DNA of 32,000 bases, taken from positions 1-32,000 of the forward strand of contig SUPR01000025.1 of assembly GCA_005191425.1 (NCBI GenBank), in the 5' to 3' direction. The position numbers and the translations under genes are program-made. The number at the start of each line of letters is the position of its first letter. Positions within the stretch are counted from its first letter, which is position 1. This document shows positions 9,922 through 21,889 of the stretch, in pieces. The stretch comes from Candidatus Helarchaeota ASGARD archaeon Hel_GB_B. GTDB taxonomy: Archaea; Asgardarchaeota; Lokiarchaeia; Helarchaeales; HEL-GB-B. The notes beneath the pieces are model-generated. The model saw only the letters and a program-made list of their open reading frames with translations. It did not search any database and was not told the DNA's origin.

Positions 9922-10496
9922 AGTTAGAAAAAATTCTATCGCGTCTGGTTAAAATTTTCAATTCCATTAATATAAAATATGTTATTGTTGGGGGAATAGC
10001 AATTATTCATTATGGTCATTTAAGAACTACTCAAGATATAGATCTTATTCTTGAAGATAACAAAAAATATTTCCCAAAGCTATTAGGTCTTTTTAAAAAA
10101 AACAATTTTGATGTTAATGATGCTGATTTTTATCGAGCATATCAAGAAAAGACCCATATAACAATTTTTGATAATAAAAGCTATTATAGATTAGATATTA
10201 AAATTGCATCAAAAAATATAGATTATGACGTGTTAAATAATGCTATTAAAGAACAAATTTTTAATTTTAACTTAAATTTTGCTCCTTTAGAATATGTCTT
10301 AATAGGTAAATTATTATATATTGGGAATATTGATGATATTCCAGATTCTGAGCTTTTAGAATATCAAGATATCTTAGATTTTTTAGTATTATATCATGCA
10401 AATAGAAATAGAATTAATGATGATTTTTTAATGAAAAAAGTAGTAGAAATTAATTTAGGACCAACCTTAAAGAGACTAATTTCATTTAAATTCTGA
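9915..10496 (+). CDS. Pol-beta superfamily nucleotidyltransferase (DUF6036/AbiEii-MenT-like)
   Basis: 'YVIVGGIAIIHYGHLRTTQDIDLIL' matches the hGG-x(n)-RxTxDhD signature; 'YRLDIK'; SD-like 'gaggga' upstream. Confidence 0.8.
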   Translation: MVELEKILSRLVKIFNSINIKYVIVGGIAIIHYGHLRTTQDIDLILEDNKKYFPKLLGLFKKNNFDVNDADFYRAYQEKTHITIFDNKSYYRLDIKIASKNIDYDVLNNAIKEQIFNFNLNFAPLEYVLIGKLLYIGNIDDIPDSELLEYQDILDFLVLYHANRNRINDDFLMKKVVEINLGPTLKRLISFKF

Positions 10497-10933
10497 TTAT
10501 ACAATTAAAAAAAAGTAGAAAAAGAAATTTGAATTTATTAAAAGCAATCAAATTAAATAATAAATCCCAAAATATAAAGAATGTCAGAAACTATTAATAT
10601 TAAAGACGCAGATTAATAAAAAAACCAACGGAAAATGAGAAAATTCAAACTTTTTTATAATATATTTCTCTTTATGGTATGAAAATTCATAATTTATTAA
10701 AAAATTAAATTCGAACTCTAGAAACCAAAATTAAAAAAGACTTTATAAACAAATAAAAAAATCGAAAAATCTTTAAAAACTAAATCAAAAATATCAAATC
10801 TATTTCTTATGTAATAAAATTCTAGATTATTTATAAAAGTTTATAAAGTATCCAAAAACTTATAAACATTTTTTAGTAAATAATTATAAGAAAAAAGCTA
10901 AGGGTACTATATAATTGTAAGGGAGTCCTTTTT

Positions 10934-11185
10934 TTGAAAAGATTAGGAAAAGTATTACATATTATGAATAATAAGAAAATAGCAATTGTGCATTGTGATA
11001 AAATTTATAATAAAATAATTGGAAAAAAGGTAGTAGATGAAAAAGTTATGAATATTGGCACTGTTTATGATATTTTTGGTCCAGTACAAAATCCATATAT
11101 AGTAATAAAATTAAATGAAAAACAAAAAAATGCGGATAAACTTCCAGGTAAATTATTATACATATATACAAAAAGAAAAAGGTAA
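10934..11185 (+). CDS. gar1: H/ACA ribonucleoprotein subunit Gar1
   Basis: 'MKRLGKVLH...IGKKVVDE....IG.VYDIFGPVQNPY.VIK'; TTG start 7 nt after 'ggagt'; directly upstream of tfb, a common archaeal arrangement. Confidence 0.88.
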   Translation: MKRLGKVLHIMNNKKIAIVHCDKIYNKIIGKKVVDEKVMNIGTVYDIFGPVQNPYIVIKLNEKQKNADKLPGKLLYIYTKRKR

Positions 11186-11192
11186 TAGTTAA

Positions 11193-12128
11193 ATGACGAA
11201 TTTAGATAAAAAAACTGATGAAATTCCGTATTATTGTAGTGAATGTGGTGGGCGGATTATTCAAAATTATCGGGAAGCAGAGTTAACGTGTAGTAATTGT
11301 GGACTGGTGATCAGAACACAAATATTTTTAAAAGGCCCAGAATGGCGAGAATTTGATACTGAACAAAAAGAGAAGAGATGTCGAGTAGGTGATCCCTTTA
11401 CATGTACTATACATGATTATGGCCTTGCAACAATTATTAGTGAAAAAAATAGAGATTATTTAGGACGTGTTTTATCTCAAAAATATAATTCACAGATCTA
11501 TCGTCTCCGAAAACTAGATAAACAATACAGATATACAAATTCTAGTCAAAAAAGTATGATGAAAGCTTTTACAGAACTTGAACGATTAGAGTCATCGATT
11601 AATTTACCAATATCAAGAAAAATTAAAGAAGAGGCAGCAATTTTATATAGAAAATTGCTTGAAAAAGGGTTAACTAAAGGTCGTTCAATTGATTTAATAA
11701 TAACAACAATTTTATATATTACATGCCGTCAAAATGGTCTACCAATTACTCTTAAGGATATTTGTCAAAACTCAAAATTTAGTGAAAAATCAATAAATAG
11801 GATGTATAGATTTATTTGTAAAGAATTGAAATTAGAAATTTTACCTGTAAACCCAATTAATTTCATTTCTAGATTTGCTTCTGCTTTGGACGTAAGTATT
11901 GAAGTCCAAAAACTAGCAATTGATATTATAAATAAAGCAATAAAAATGGGGATTAGTTCTGGAAGGGGACAGATGGGCTTAATTGCTGGAGCTTTGTATA
12001 TTGCTTGTATTTTAAAGGACCAACATAGATCTCAAAAAAAGATCGCATCAATTGTTAATGTAACTGAAGTTACGATTAGAAATAGATATAAAGAACTAGT
12101 AAAAAAACTTAATATAGAATTACCGTAG
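11193..12128 (+). CDS. tfb: Transcription initiation factor IIB (TFB)
   Basis: Zn ribbon CSEC...CSNCG, B-reader 'GPEWREF', 'HDYGL', two cyclin repeats, C-terminal 'VTEVTIRNRYKEL'. Confidence 0.96.
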   Translation: MTNLDKKTDEIPYYCSECGGRIIQNYREAELTCSNCGLVIRTQIFLKGPEWREFDTEQKEKRCRVGDPFTCTIHDYGLATIISEKNRDYLGRVLSQKYNSQIYRLRKLDKQYRYTNSSQKSMMKAFTELERLESSINLPISRKIKEEAAILYRKLLEKGLTKGRSIDLIITTILYITCRQNGLPITLKDICQNSKFSEKSINRMYRFICKELKLEILPVNPINFISRFASALDVSIEVQKLAIDIINKAIKMGISSGRGQMGLIAGALYIACILKDQHRSQKKIASIVNVTEVTIRNRYKELVKKLNIELP

Positions 12129-12141
12129 GTTTTGAATTGTT

Positions 12142-12504
12142 TTAGCCTTTTTTAGAAACTGATTCTTCCATCCACGCCAATAAATCTTTACAGGTAATAA
12201 TCTTGTCGATACCACATATTTCAAGGTTGCTGCATAAAAAGCATGGACAATTATCTAGAGTATCCCATTCTATTTTTTCAGGCTCTTTTTTTGTATAATA
12301 AAGCCGATAGGTCCATCTTCCTTTATTTAATTCTTTTTCTCTCCTTATTAATCCATCTTCTTCCAACTTTACGGCTATTCGAGATCCGAGTCGGCTTGTT
12401 GCCCCTAAAAACTTCCACAATTCAGACTGTAATACTCCTTTTGCTCCATATTCCTTAATAAATTCTAATGCTTTAAGTTCTTGAGGGTCTATCATTTTTA
12501 TCAA
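12142..12504 (-). CDS. Transcription factor E beta subunit (TFE-beta / archaeal RPC34-C39 homolog): winged helix + Fe-S Cys cluster
   Basis: wHTH 'GVLQSELWK.LG..SR.GSRIAVKLEE.GLIRRE...GRWTYRL' followed by C88-x2-C91-x5-C97-x7-C105...W; convergent with tfb. Confidence 0.78.
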   Translation of the reverse strand: MIKMIDPQELKALEFIKEYGAKGVLQSELWKFLGATSRLGSRIAVKLEEDGLIRREKELNKGRWTYRLYYTKKEPEKIEWDTLDNCPCFLCSNLEICGIDKIITCKDLLAWMEESVSKKG

Positions 12505-12557
12505 GCTAACTCCTATCAGTGAATTTATTATATGTACAAAAAAATATTAAATTTTTT

Positions 12558-13169
12558 TCATTCAATTTTTATAAAATTTTTACATATTAAATACATTTCA
12601 CGACTTGTATCTAAACTTGCTTTTGGTTTAGTAAACCGCACAAATTTAAAATATAATTTGAATTCTTTTTTAATATTATTTATATTTGAACCTTGAAAAA
12701 CTTTGCTAATAAAGTGACCATCTTTCTTTAAAAATGGTTTTACAATATACTCAAAGGCGCACTTTATCAAATAATTTTGCCGTTCTACATCTAGGTTAGA
12801 AATGCCACTAGTATGCATAGAGCAATCGGAAATGATTAAATCAGCTTTATTAGGAAGTAATGGTCCTATTTTTTTAGTAATTTCCGGGCTTGTAATATTA
12901 AATTTTAAAAATTTTACATTTCCTGGAATAGGTCTTATATCGTTAATATCTATTCCCAGTATCAATATATTTTTACCTTTTATTGATTGAATTGCTTGTA
13001 TCCAACTTCCAGGAGCACAGCAAATATCTATTACAATTGATATATTCCTTAAGAATTTATATTTTTGATTTAATTGTAATAATTTATAAGCTGCTCTAGA
13101 TCTATATTTTTCTCGTTTAGATCTTCTATAATATATGTCTTTTTTCCTTTTATTTATCCAATTTGACAT
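12558..13169 (-). CDS. rlmE: 23S rRNA 2'-O-methyltransferase RlmE/FtsJ
   Basis: 'YRSRAAYKL', SAM loop 'DICCAPGSW', K-D-K-E tetrad (YKL, ISD, SKVF, SREMY). Confidence 0.93.
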   Translation of the reverse strand: MSNWINKRKKDIYYRRSKREKYRSRAAYKLLQLNQKYKFLRNISIVIDICCAPGSWIQAIQSIKGKNILILGIDINDIRPIPGNVKFLKFNITSPEITKKIGPLLPNKADLIISDCSMHTSGISNLDVERQNYLIKCAFEYIVKPFLKKDGHFISKVFQGSNINNIKKEFKLYFKFVRFTKPKASLDTSREMYLICKNFIKIE

Positions 13170-13459
13170 TTTTAATACTGAACTTTTTTTGTTAATAATT
13201 TATAAAATTCACAATAATAATATAATCTATTATAGTTGATAATAATTTCATAAAATGGTTTATAATTGAAGTTAATTTTGATTTTTTTATTTTCAAATTT
13301 TATTATACTTTAATAATTAAACCTATTTGATATTAATTATATCAATATAAAACATTAGCAATTTTTTCCCAATTTAATTATTTTTGTCCAAATTTTATTA
13401 CAAAAAATTCAAATATTTCAATGCATTTTGTTTTTATAGAAATTGATAAATATAATTAA

Positions 13460-15451
<1,992 letters not shown>

Positions 15452-15459
15452 AATAATAA

Positions 15460-18078
15460 ATGGATTTGTTAATTTTGAGAGAAGGTAAAATACTAAATGT
15501 AAAAGCTATCACTGAGGAAATGAAAGATGCCTATATGGACTACTCAATGTCTGTAATAATTGGAAGGGCACTACCTGATGTGAGGGATGGGTTAAAACCA
15601 GTGCATCGCAGGATACTTTATGCTATGCATGAAATTGGTATGACTAATTTCAAAAAATCGGCTAGAATTGTAGGAGCAGTATTGGGTCAATATCATCCCC
15701 ATGGTGATACCGCAATTTATGATGCTGTAGTAAGAATGACTCAAGATTTTTCATTACGGTATCCCCTAATTGATGGTCAAGGAAATTTCGGGAGTATCGA
15801 TGGTGATACTGCTGCAGCAATGAGATATACCGAAGCCCGACTATCCGCTATTTCTAAAGAAATGCTTGAAGATATTGATAAAGATACAATTGATATGACT
15901 CCTAATTTCGATGATACACTAAAAGAACCTACCGTTTTACCAGCAAAAGTACCTAATCTACTAATTAATGGCGCGTCCGGTATTGCAGTGGGAATGGCTA
16001 CTAATATACCACCTCATAACCTCTCAGAAGTCATTAATGGTATTATCGCAACAATTAACAACCCAGATATTACCAATGATGAACTTATGGAATATATTAA
16101 AGGGCCTGATTTTCCAACTGGTGGCGTGATTAAAGGTATTAAAGGTATTAGAGATGCCTATAATCAAGGAAAAGGTAAAATATTTATCCAAGGACAATAT
16201 TTTGTTGAAAATTTTAAGGGCGGCGATAGAAAGAGAATCATCATTACCGAAATTCCTTATATGGTTAATAAATCCAAACTAATTGAAAAAATAGCTGAAT
16301 TGGTAATCAATAAGAAAATTACGGGAATTTCGGATATAAGAGATGAATCCGACCGCAATGGTATGCGAATTGTTATTGAATTAAAATCAGGTGTGAATCC
16401 TGATATTGTTATCAATAATTTATATACTCATACGAATCTTCGTACTACTTTCGGTGTTATTAATCTCGTTTTAGTGAAGTCGAATGACGGGAAATTGGTA
16501 CCCAGAATTTTAAAACTTAATGAACTTATTAAGGAATATATTAAACATCGAGTAGAAGTAATTGAACGGAGAACAAAATATGAGAAAAATAAAGCTGAAA
16601 AAAGAATTCACACATTAGAAGGTCTAATTTTTGCAATTAATCATATCGATAGAGTAATTGAAATCTTAAAGAGCTCGCCTTCAACGGAAGCTGCACGTAT
16701 TTCATTAAAATCAATTAAAGGTGTAGGTCAAACTGAATTAACTGATAAGCAAATTAATGCAATTTTTGATATGCGACTTCAACAATTAATTAAACTTGAA
16801 AAAGATAAATTGATTAATGAATTAAATGATTTAAAAAAGAAAGTAAAGGAATTTAATATAATTCTGACCAGTGAAGATAAATTAAATGAAGTTATTATCA
16901 AGGAATTAAAGGAATTAGATAAAAAATATGGTGATAAAAGACGGACAGAAATAGATATTGAAGACTATTTTATAGAAAGCCCGGGCGAATTAATACCTGA
17001 AGAAAAAGTAGTATTTCTGTTGACGAGAGAAGGTTATGTTAAAAGTATTTCTATAGAAAGCTATAAAAGCCAGAAAAGAGGGGGAAAAGGAATGACTGCA
17101 ATGAAAATTGGGGATGAAGACGAAATTAACGAAATATTTGCATGCTCAAACCATGATAAAATGTTTTTCTTTACTAATAAAGGCAAAGTCTTTAGTATTA
17201 ATGTCTATGAAATTCCACCTTCTAAAAAAAGAATGACAAAGGGGATCATCGTCAATAAATTAGTCCATCTTGATAAAGATGAAAAAATTAATGCCGTATT
17301 ACCAGTAAAAGAAGAAGATTTCAATGAAGATTATTATCTGACGATTGCCACAAAATTTGGTCTAATTAAAAAGACTGAAATTAAAAAATTAAAAAATATA
17401 AGACAAAATGGAATAATTATCATTACATTAAAAGAGGGGGATGACTTAATCGATGTAAAAATGACTAACGGCGAAAATGATATTATACTTGGCACAAAAA
17501 ATGGCTTTGTAATCCGGTTTAATGAATCTGAAGTCCGCCCTACTGGTAGAACATCTCAAGGTGTAATTGGAATTGACCTTAGACCTGGCGATGAAGTCAT
17601 TGAAATGGCTATTGTTAATAACTTAGGTTCCTTATTAACTATTACCTCTACAGGATTTGGAAAGAGGACAACATTTAAAAAATATAATAGGATTCATAGG
17701 GGCGGAAAAGGAGTTTTTAATATCCAACTACGGTCTAAAAATGAAGAAGTCGTCTCAATTAAAACTGTAAATCAGAACGATGAAATAATGTTAATGACTT
17801 ATTATGGCAATATTATACGAATTCCTGTTTCTGATATTAGAATAATTGGTCGAAGGACCCATGGAGTAACACTTATTCGATTTAACAAAGAAAATGAAAA
17901 AGAAAGAGTAGTAGCTGTTGCTAAAATTGATGAAAGTTTAATTTCAAAAGTCGAAAACATGGAAAAAAGAAATTTTGGACAAAATGAATTGGAAACCGAA
18001 TTAGATGAAGATTATAATCTTGAATTTTATAGCGATACCAATGATGAAAATAATTCTAATATAGGTCAAAAAGATTAA
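15460..18078 (+). CDS. gyrA: DNA gyrase subunit A
   Basis: '[16 protein letters not shown]', 'YHPHGD', catalytic 'AAAMRY123TE', GyrA-box 'QKRGGKG' (gyrase, not topo IV), beta-pinwheel repeats, acidic tail. Confidence 0.98.
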   Translation: MDLLILREGKILNVKAITEEMKDAYMDYSMSVIIGRALPDVRDGLKPVHRRILYAMHEIGMTNFKKSARIVGAVLGQYHPHGDTAIYDAVVRMTQDFSLRYPLIDGQGNFGSIDGDTAAAMRYTEARLSAISKEMLEDIDKDTIDMTPNFDDTLKEPTVLPAKVPNLLINGASGIAVGMATNIPPHNLSEVINGIIATINNPDITNDELMEYIKGPDFPTGGVIKGIKGIRDAYNQGKGKIFIQGQYFVENFKGGDRKRIIITEIPYMVNKSKLIEKIAELVINKKITGISDIRDESDRNGMRIVIELKSGVNPDIVINNLYTHTNLRTTFGVINLVLVKSNDGKLVPRILKLNELIKEYIKHRVEVIERRTKYEKNKAEKRIHTLEGLIFAINHIDRVIEILKSSPSTEAARISLKSIKGVGQTELTDKQINAIFDMRLQQLIKLEKDKLINELNDLKKKVKEFNIILTSEDKLNEVIIKELKELDKKYGDKRRTEIDIEDYFIESPGELIPEEKVVFLLTREGYVKSISIESYKSQKRGGKGMTAMKIGDEDEINEIFACSNHDKMFFFTNKGKVFSINVYEIPPSKKRMTKGIIVNKLVHLDKDEKINAVLPVKEEDFNEDYYLTIATKFGLIKKTEIKKLKNIRQNGIIIITLKEGDDLIDVKMTNGENDIILGTKNGFVIRFNESEVRPTGRTSQGVIGIDLRPGDEVIEMAIVNNLGSLLTITSTGFGKRTTFKKYNRIHRGGKGVFNIQLRSKNEEVVSIKTVNQNDEIMLMTYYGNIIRIPVSDIRIIGRRTHGVTLIRFNKENEKERVVAVAKIDESLISKVENMEKRNFGQNELETELDEDYNLEFYSDTNDENNSNIGQKD

Positions 18079-18116
18079 ATTCAAATATTTTATAATCCAC
18101 CTATTCCTTGAATTAA

Positions 18117-19295
18117 ATGAATTTTCCAATAAAAAAATATAAAGAAGGAAAAACATTTTTCTATGCACCCGATTTAGACAAATATGGAATTCCTCAGAAT
18201 GCTCCAGCATTTTATAATCCTAATATGAAATTTAATAGAGATTGTTCACTAATAGCAATTCAAACATATCAAAAATTACTTAATAAAAATATCATAATAT
18301 GCGACCCATTATCTGGAGTAGGAATAAGAGGACTAAGATATGTTAATGAACTCAATGGGGTAAACTTTGTTTTTGTTAATGATTATAATAAAAATGCTTA
18401 TGAATTAATTTTGCGGAATATTAAATTATTAAAAAATAACCTCATAATTAAAGCTTTTAATAAAGAAGCAAATAATTTTCTTAATGATTTTAGTATTTTA
18501 CCTAAAGTTTTGGATATCATCGATATAGACCCATTTGGATCACCTACTTGTTTTATTGATACTGCTGTAAGGGCTCTAAAGAAACGTGGTTTAATTATGT
18601 TAACCGCCACAGATATGAGGATTCTTTGTGGGATACAACCCAAAGTTTGTGCTAGAAAATATGGCGGATACTCACTCAAAACTAATTATTGTCATGAAAT
18701 TGCAATACGATTACTTTTAGGTTGTTTGATGAAAATTGCGAATCGGTTCAATTTTTATATCCATCCCCTGATGTCTTTTACTCAAATTCATTATATTCGG
18801 ACTATTGTTGAGTTAATTAAAAATAAAAAAGAAATAAGTAAAAATTTGAAGGATTTTGGATATATATCTCATTGTTTCAAATGTAATGGTAGGTTAATTT
18901 TTAAAGAATTAGATATTAAAATACCGAAAACATGTCCTTTTTGTGGTAGTAAATTAATAAGTATAGCTGGTCCCTTATGGTTGGGTAAAATTCAAGATAA
19001 AAACTTTTTATCAAATTCATTAGAAATTATTAAAAATATTGAACTAACTAACAAAAAGAAAATCGAGTTGTTCTTTTCTACTCTATTAGCAGAATCTGAA
19101 ATGCCTCCTACTTATTATAACATCCATAAAATATGTAAAAATATCAAAATTTCTGCCCCTAAACTTGAATCAATAATTAACAAATTACATGAATCAAATT
19201 TTATAGCAAGCAGGACTCATTTTTGCCCTATTTGTATAAAAACTGATGCTAATATAAATTTAATAATAAAAACAATAAAAGACTTAAAAACTTAG
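18117..19295 (+). CDS. trm1: tRNA (guanine26-N2)-dimethyltransferase Trm1
   Basis: 'FYNP.M.FNRD', 'DPLSGVGIRGLRY', 'DIDPFGSP', 'TATD', Zn finger 'HC..C...CPFCG', 'GPLW.G', 'SRTHF'. Confidence 0.95.
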   Translation: MNFPIKKYKEGKTFFYAPDLDKYGIPQNAPAFYNPNMKFNRDCSLIAIQTYQKLLNKNIIICDPLSGVGIRGLRYVNELNGVNFVFVNDYNKNAYELILRNIKLLKNNLIIKAFNKEANNFLNDFSILPKVLDIIDIDPFGSPTCFIDTAVRALKKRGLIMLTATDMRILCGIQPKVCARKYGGYSLKTNYCHEIAIRLLLGCLMKIANRFNFYIHPLMSFTQIHYIRTIVELIKNKKEISKNLKDFGYISHCFKCNGRLIFKELDIKIPKTCPFCGSKLISIAGPLWLGKIQDKNFLSNSLEIIKNIELTNKKKIELFFSTLLAESEMPPTYYNIHKICKNIKISAPKLESIINKLHESNFIASRTHFCPICIKTDANINLIIKTIKDLKT

Positions 19296-19298
19296 TTA

Positions 19299-20330
19299 TT
19301 ATTTTTTCACCCATTCGATGTCCTGCCCTAATTTGTCCAAAAAGCTGGCAAGAATTGTCCTCGGGATATTCATTTTTTTAGAAATTTCTTTTAATGAATG
19401 ATTACCATTACAATAATGTATAATTTCTGAAAATAATTTATTGAGGTCTGGGTCTATATCTATCGATTTTAAAAGGTTAAAGTTCGTTATTACTGGATAT
19501 ATCCTAACTGGTCGTACCCAACCCTCTTTCATACAAAATGCCACAATCTCTTTTACTTTGTCCAAATCTACATTTAATTTTAAATGGATCCCATTTATAC
19601 TGATTTTTCCCTCCTTCATTAAAGTTAATATATCTATTCCTTTTTTACCAAAATTATTCATTATAGTTTCATATACATAAGAAATTTTCTCAAAAATATT
19701 TTTTCCTTCCTCTGTTAAGATATAGATATCTGTATTTTTAATCATCTCACTTAATTGCCCTCCTATTTGAATTATCCCAAGTTCTTGAAGATATGCAAGT
19801 TTCTCAATTACCGATTCTATTGGTTCATTTAAACGGTTAGAAATTTCTTTTACATCTGATGTATTGTCTATAGCAACTAATAGATTTAACGTAGACCGAT
19901 CAATGAAATCCTCTGATAAAATAGGCACGTCATTCATTGATATGAATTCTGGAGCAAATTTTTTTACAATTATTTCTTTATATGGATCAAAAATTACTGT
20001 ATCTGCAGCTGGATCTATCTCATAAATCTCTTCAAATAATTTAATTGTCTCTCTTAATATTCTTCTTATATTTGGAGTGTCTGTTTTCGCTAAAAGTAAA
20101 CCTATGATTTCCTTCCCGGGTTCTATCAATATCTTAAAATCTCCCCTATCTACAGCTCTGATTATTTTATTTGAATTTGAATTGGGCATTATAAAATTTA
20201 AAAAGGATGAGATCGCGGATAAGAAACCCGATACCATCTGCTCATCTAACGAAGAACCTATGAAACTATGGTGAAGTATACATGTCCCAACATTCTTTAT
20301 TACAAAAAATATTTCAAATATTCTAGCCAT
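19299..20330 (-). CDS. Longin-like N-terminal domain + three winged-helix repeats (NPRL2/GATOR1-like architecture; Asgard-type)
   Basis: aa 1-125 'IFFVIK.VG.CIL...DEQMVSGFLSAISSF...KILIE.G..IIGLLL' is a longin/roadblock-like pattern typical of Asgard proteins. It is followed by repeats of 'hD...shkEIS..h......h..L...G.h' at about aa 133-190, 200-275 and 277-340. Confidence 0.7.
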   Translation of the reverse strand: MARIFEIFFVIKNVGTCILHHSFIGSSLDEQMVSGFLSAISSFLNFIMPNSNSNKIIRAVDRGDFKILIEPGKEIIGLLLAKTDTPNIRRILRETIKLFEEIYEIDPAADTVIFDPYKEIIVKKFAPEFISMNDVPILSEDFIDRSTLNLLVAIDNTSDVKEISNRLNEPIESVIEKLAYLQELGIIQIGGQLSEMIKNTDIYILTEEGKNIFEKISYVYETIMNNFGKKGIDILTLMKEGKISINGIHLKLNVDLDKVKEIVAFCMKEGWVRPVRIYPVITNFNLLKSIDIDPDLNKLFSEIIHYCNGNHSLKEISKKMNIPRTILASFLDKLGQDIEWVKK

Positions 20331-20558
20331 TTATCTCATTTTTTTTCTTTATTGATTTTAATTCTTTTAAGTTATTCATCTGACTTGAAAAATATCCCAA
20401 AACTATTTTCTATGTTCATTTTTTAAATTTTTGAGGCGATCAATAATTTAATAATTTTTGAAATTATATTCAATTTTTAAAATAAAAGTTTTAATCTCTT
20501 TAAAAATACTTATTTAATTAAACTCACTATAAATTTAAAAAAAATTTATCCATTTTAA

Positions 20559-20586
20559 AATAATAAAATATGTATATTTTATTATT
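20559..20586. promoter_or_regulatory. 28-bp palindrome next to a TATA-like box upstream of the cyclophilin gene
   Basis: aataataaaatat-gt-atattttattatt (13-bp perfect arms, 2-nt spacer), abutting ttataaag at 20585-20592, about 50 nt before the ATG at 20636. Confidence 0.3.
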
Positions 20587-20635
20587 ATAAAGTAATATTT
20601 TTTAAGTAAGTTAAAAAATTGGATGTTAAATAAAA

Positions 20636-21112
20636 ATGACTAAAGTTCAAATACAAACTTCTAAAGGAAATATAAATTTAAAACTCTTTGACAATGATGC
20701 TCCACTTACTGTTGCTAGTTTTTTATTTTTAATTAAGAATGGTTTTTATGACGGACTAACTTTTCACAGAGTGATTAAAAATTTTATGATTCAAGGAGGA
20801 TGCCCCCTTGGAACTGGAACTGGTGGGCCTCTTAGTAAAGGAATTAAAGAATTCCCTTATAAGGGTAAAATGGTAAAATATCCTTTTAAAGATGAATTTC
20901 ATAATGGTCATCTTTTTGATAAACCTGGAATATTAGCAATGGCTAATGCCGGACCTAACACAAATGGTAGTCAATTTTTTATTACTCATGTGGTTACCGA
21001 TTGGCTTAATAATAAACACACAATTTTTGGAGAAGTCGTAGGGCCCGAAGATCAAAGTATCGTCAATGCTATTGAAAAAGGAGATAAAATTAATAAAATC
21101 ATTGTCTTGTAA
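20636..21112 (+). CDS. ppi: Cyclophilin-type peptidyl-prolyl cis-trans isomerase
   Basis: 'AP.TV.SF..L...[20 protein letters not shown]', '[18 protein letters not shown]', '[11 protein letters not shown]'. Confidence 0.96.
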   Translation: MTKVQIQTSKGNINLKLFDNDAPLTVASFLFLIKNGFYDGLTFHRVIKNFMIQGGCPLGTGTGGPLSKGIKEFPYKGKMVKYPFKDEFHNGHLFDKPGILAMANAGPNTNGSQFFITHVVTDWLNNKHTIFGEVVGPEDQSIVNAIEKGDKINKIIVL

Positions 21113-21142
21113 TTTATTCTTTTTATTATACGAACTAATTTT

Positions 21143-21703
21143 TTATTTTTTTATTAAGGACGCTAAAGAATTTTTAAGAAAATCCAAAATTTGATTTCTG
21201 TTTTCTTTTGTTATCTGAAATATATTTATATCATTTCTTGACTTAATTTGGTCGATAAATTCATGTTTAATTGAGATTCCCATCGATGCTAATACAATTT
21301 TTTCAGAATTTAATGCGTTAATTACTGCTTTTTGAAAATCTTTGGAAAAAAAAATTTCCATTTTTCCTATTTCGTCAATTATGATTATGTCACAATTATC
21401 AATCGCAAAATTAATTGCATTTACTCCAATTTTATTCAAATCAAATAAATTAATGCGATATTTACCCACACGAGGGCCTGATTTTATAAAAACGCTTGAT
21501 AATGTACCTTTAATATTATTAAATATATCTATTATACTAAAACCCTTCCTTATATTATCTTGTCTTATTTCTGGGGTTAATATACCACCAATTTTTAATT
21601 GCTTATTTTTAAAAAAATCAATTAAATTCATCAACAATGTACTTTTTCCACTCCCAGGTTTTCCCATAATAATTACATTTTTGTAAATTTGCTTATTGTT
21701 CAT
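21143..21703 (-). CDS. Nucleoside-triphosphatase, THEP1/NTPase_1 family
   Basis: Walker A 'GKPGSGKST', 'GG.LTPEIR....RKGF', 'VGKY', Walker B 'IIIDEIGKME'. Confidence 0.9.
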   Translation of the reverse strand: MNNKQIYKNVIIMGKPGSGKSTLLMNLIDFFKNKQLKIGGILTPEIRQDNIRKGFSIIDIFNNIKGTLSSVFIKSGPRVGKYRINLFDLNKIGVNAINFAIDNCDIIIIDEIGKMEIFFSKDFQKAVINALNSEKIVLASMGISIKHEFIDQIKSRNDINIFQITKENRNQILDFLKNSLASLIKK

Positions 21704-21889
21704 AAATTTAATGATATTTTCTTTATTTAAAAAATCTTTATAAATTTTGATTAAAAAAATTTGAATTGACCAGTTTCTATAGTCTAATTTGAAAAATATC
21801 TGGTCATTTAATGTATATAATTATACCAGAAAAGTAAAAATATTTAGTAAACAAAAAAATGTTTTAATAAAAAGAATAGAAAATTAAAG

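Noticed and set aside
15700-15725. GyrA quinolone-resistance region reads [10 protein letters not shown] (Thr at the Ser83-equivalent position)
   Set aside because: Thr is a natural variant in many quinolone-sensitive gyrases and the acidic residue is retained; not evidence of resistance.
21767-21806. Inverted repeat tgaccag...ctggtca between dnaJ and the NTPase gene
   Set aside because: Only 7-bp arms with a 26-nt spacer and no second full copy in the window; insufficient for a MITE/REP call.
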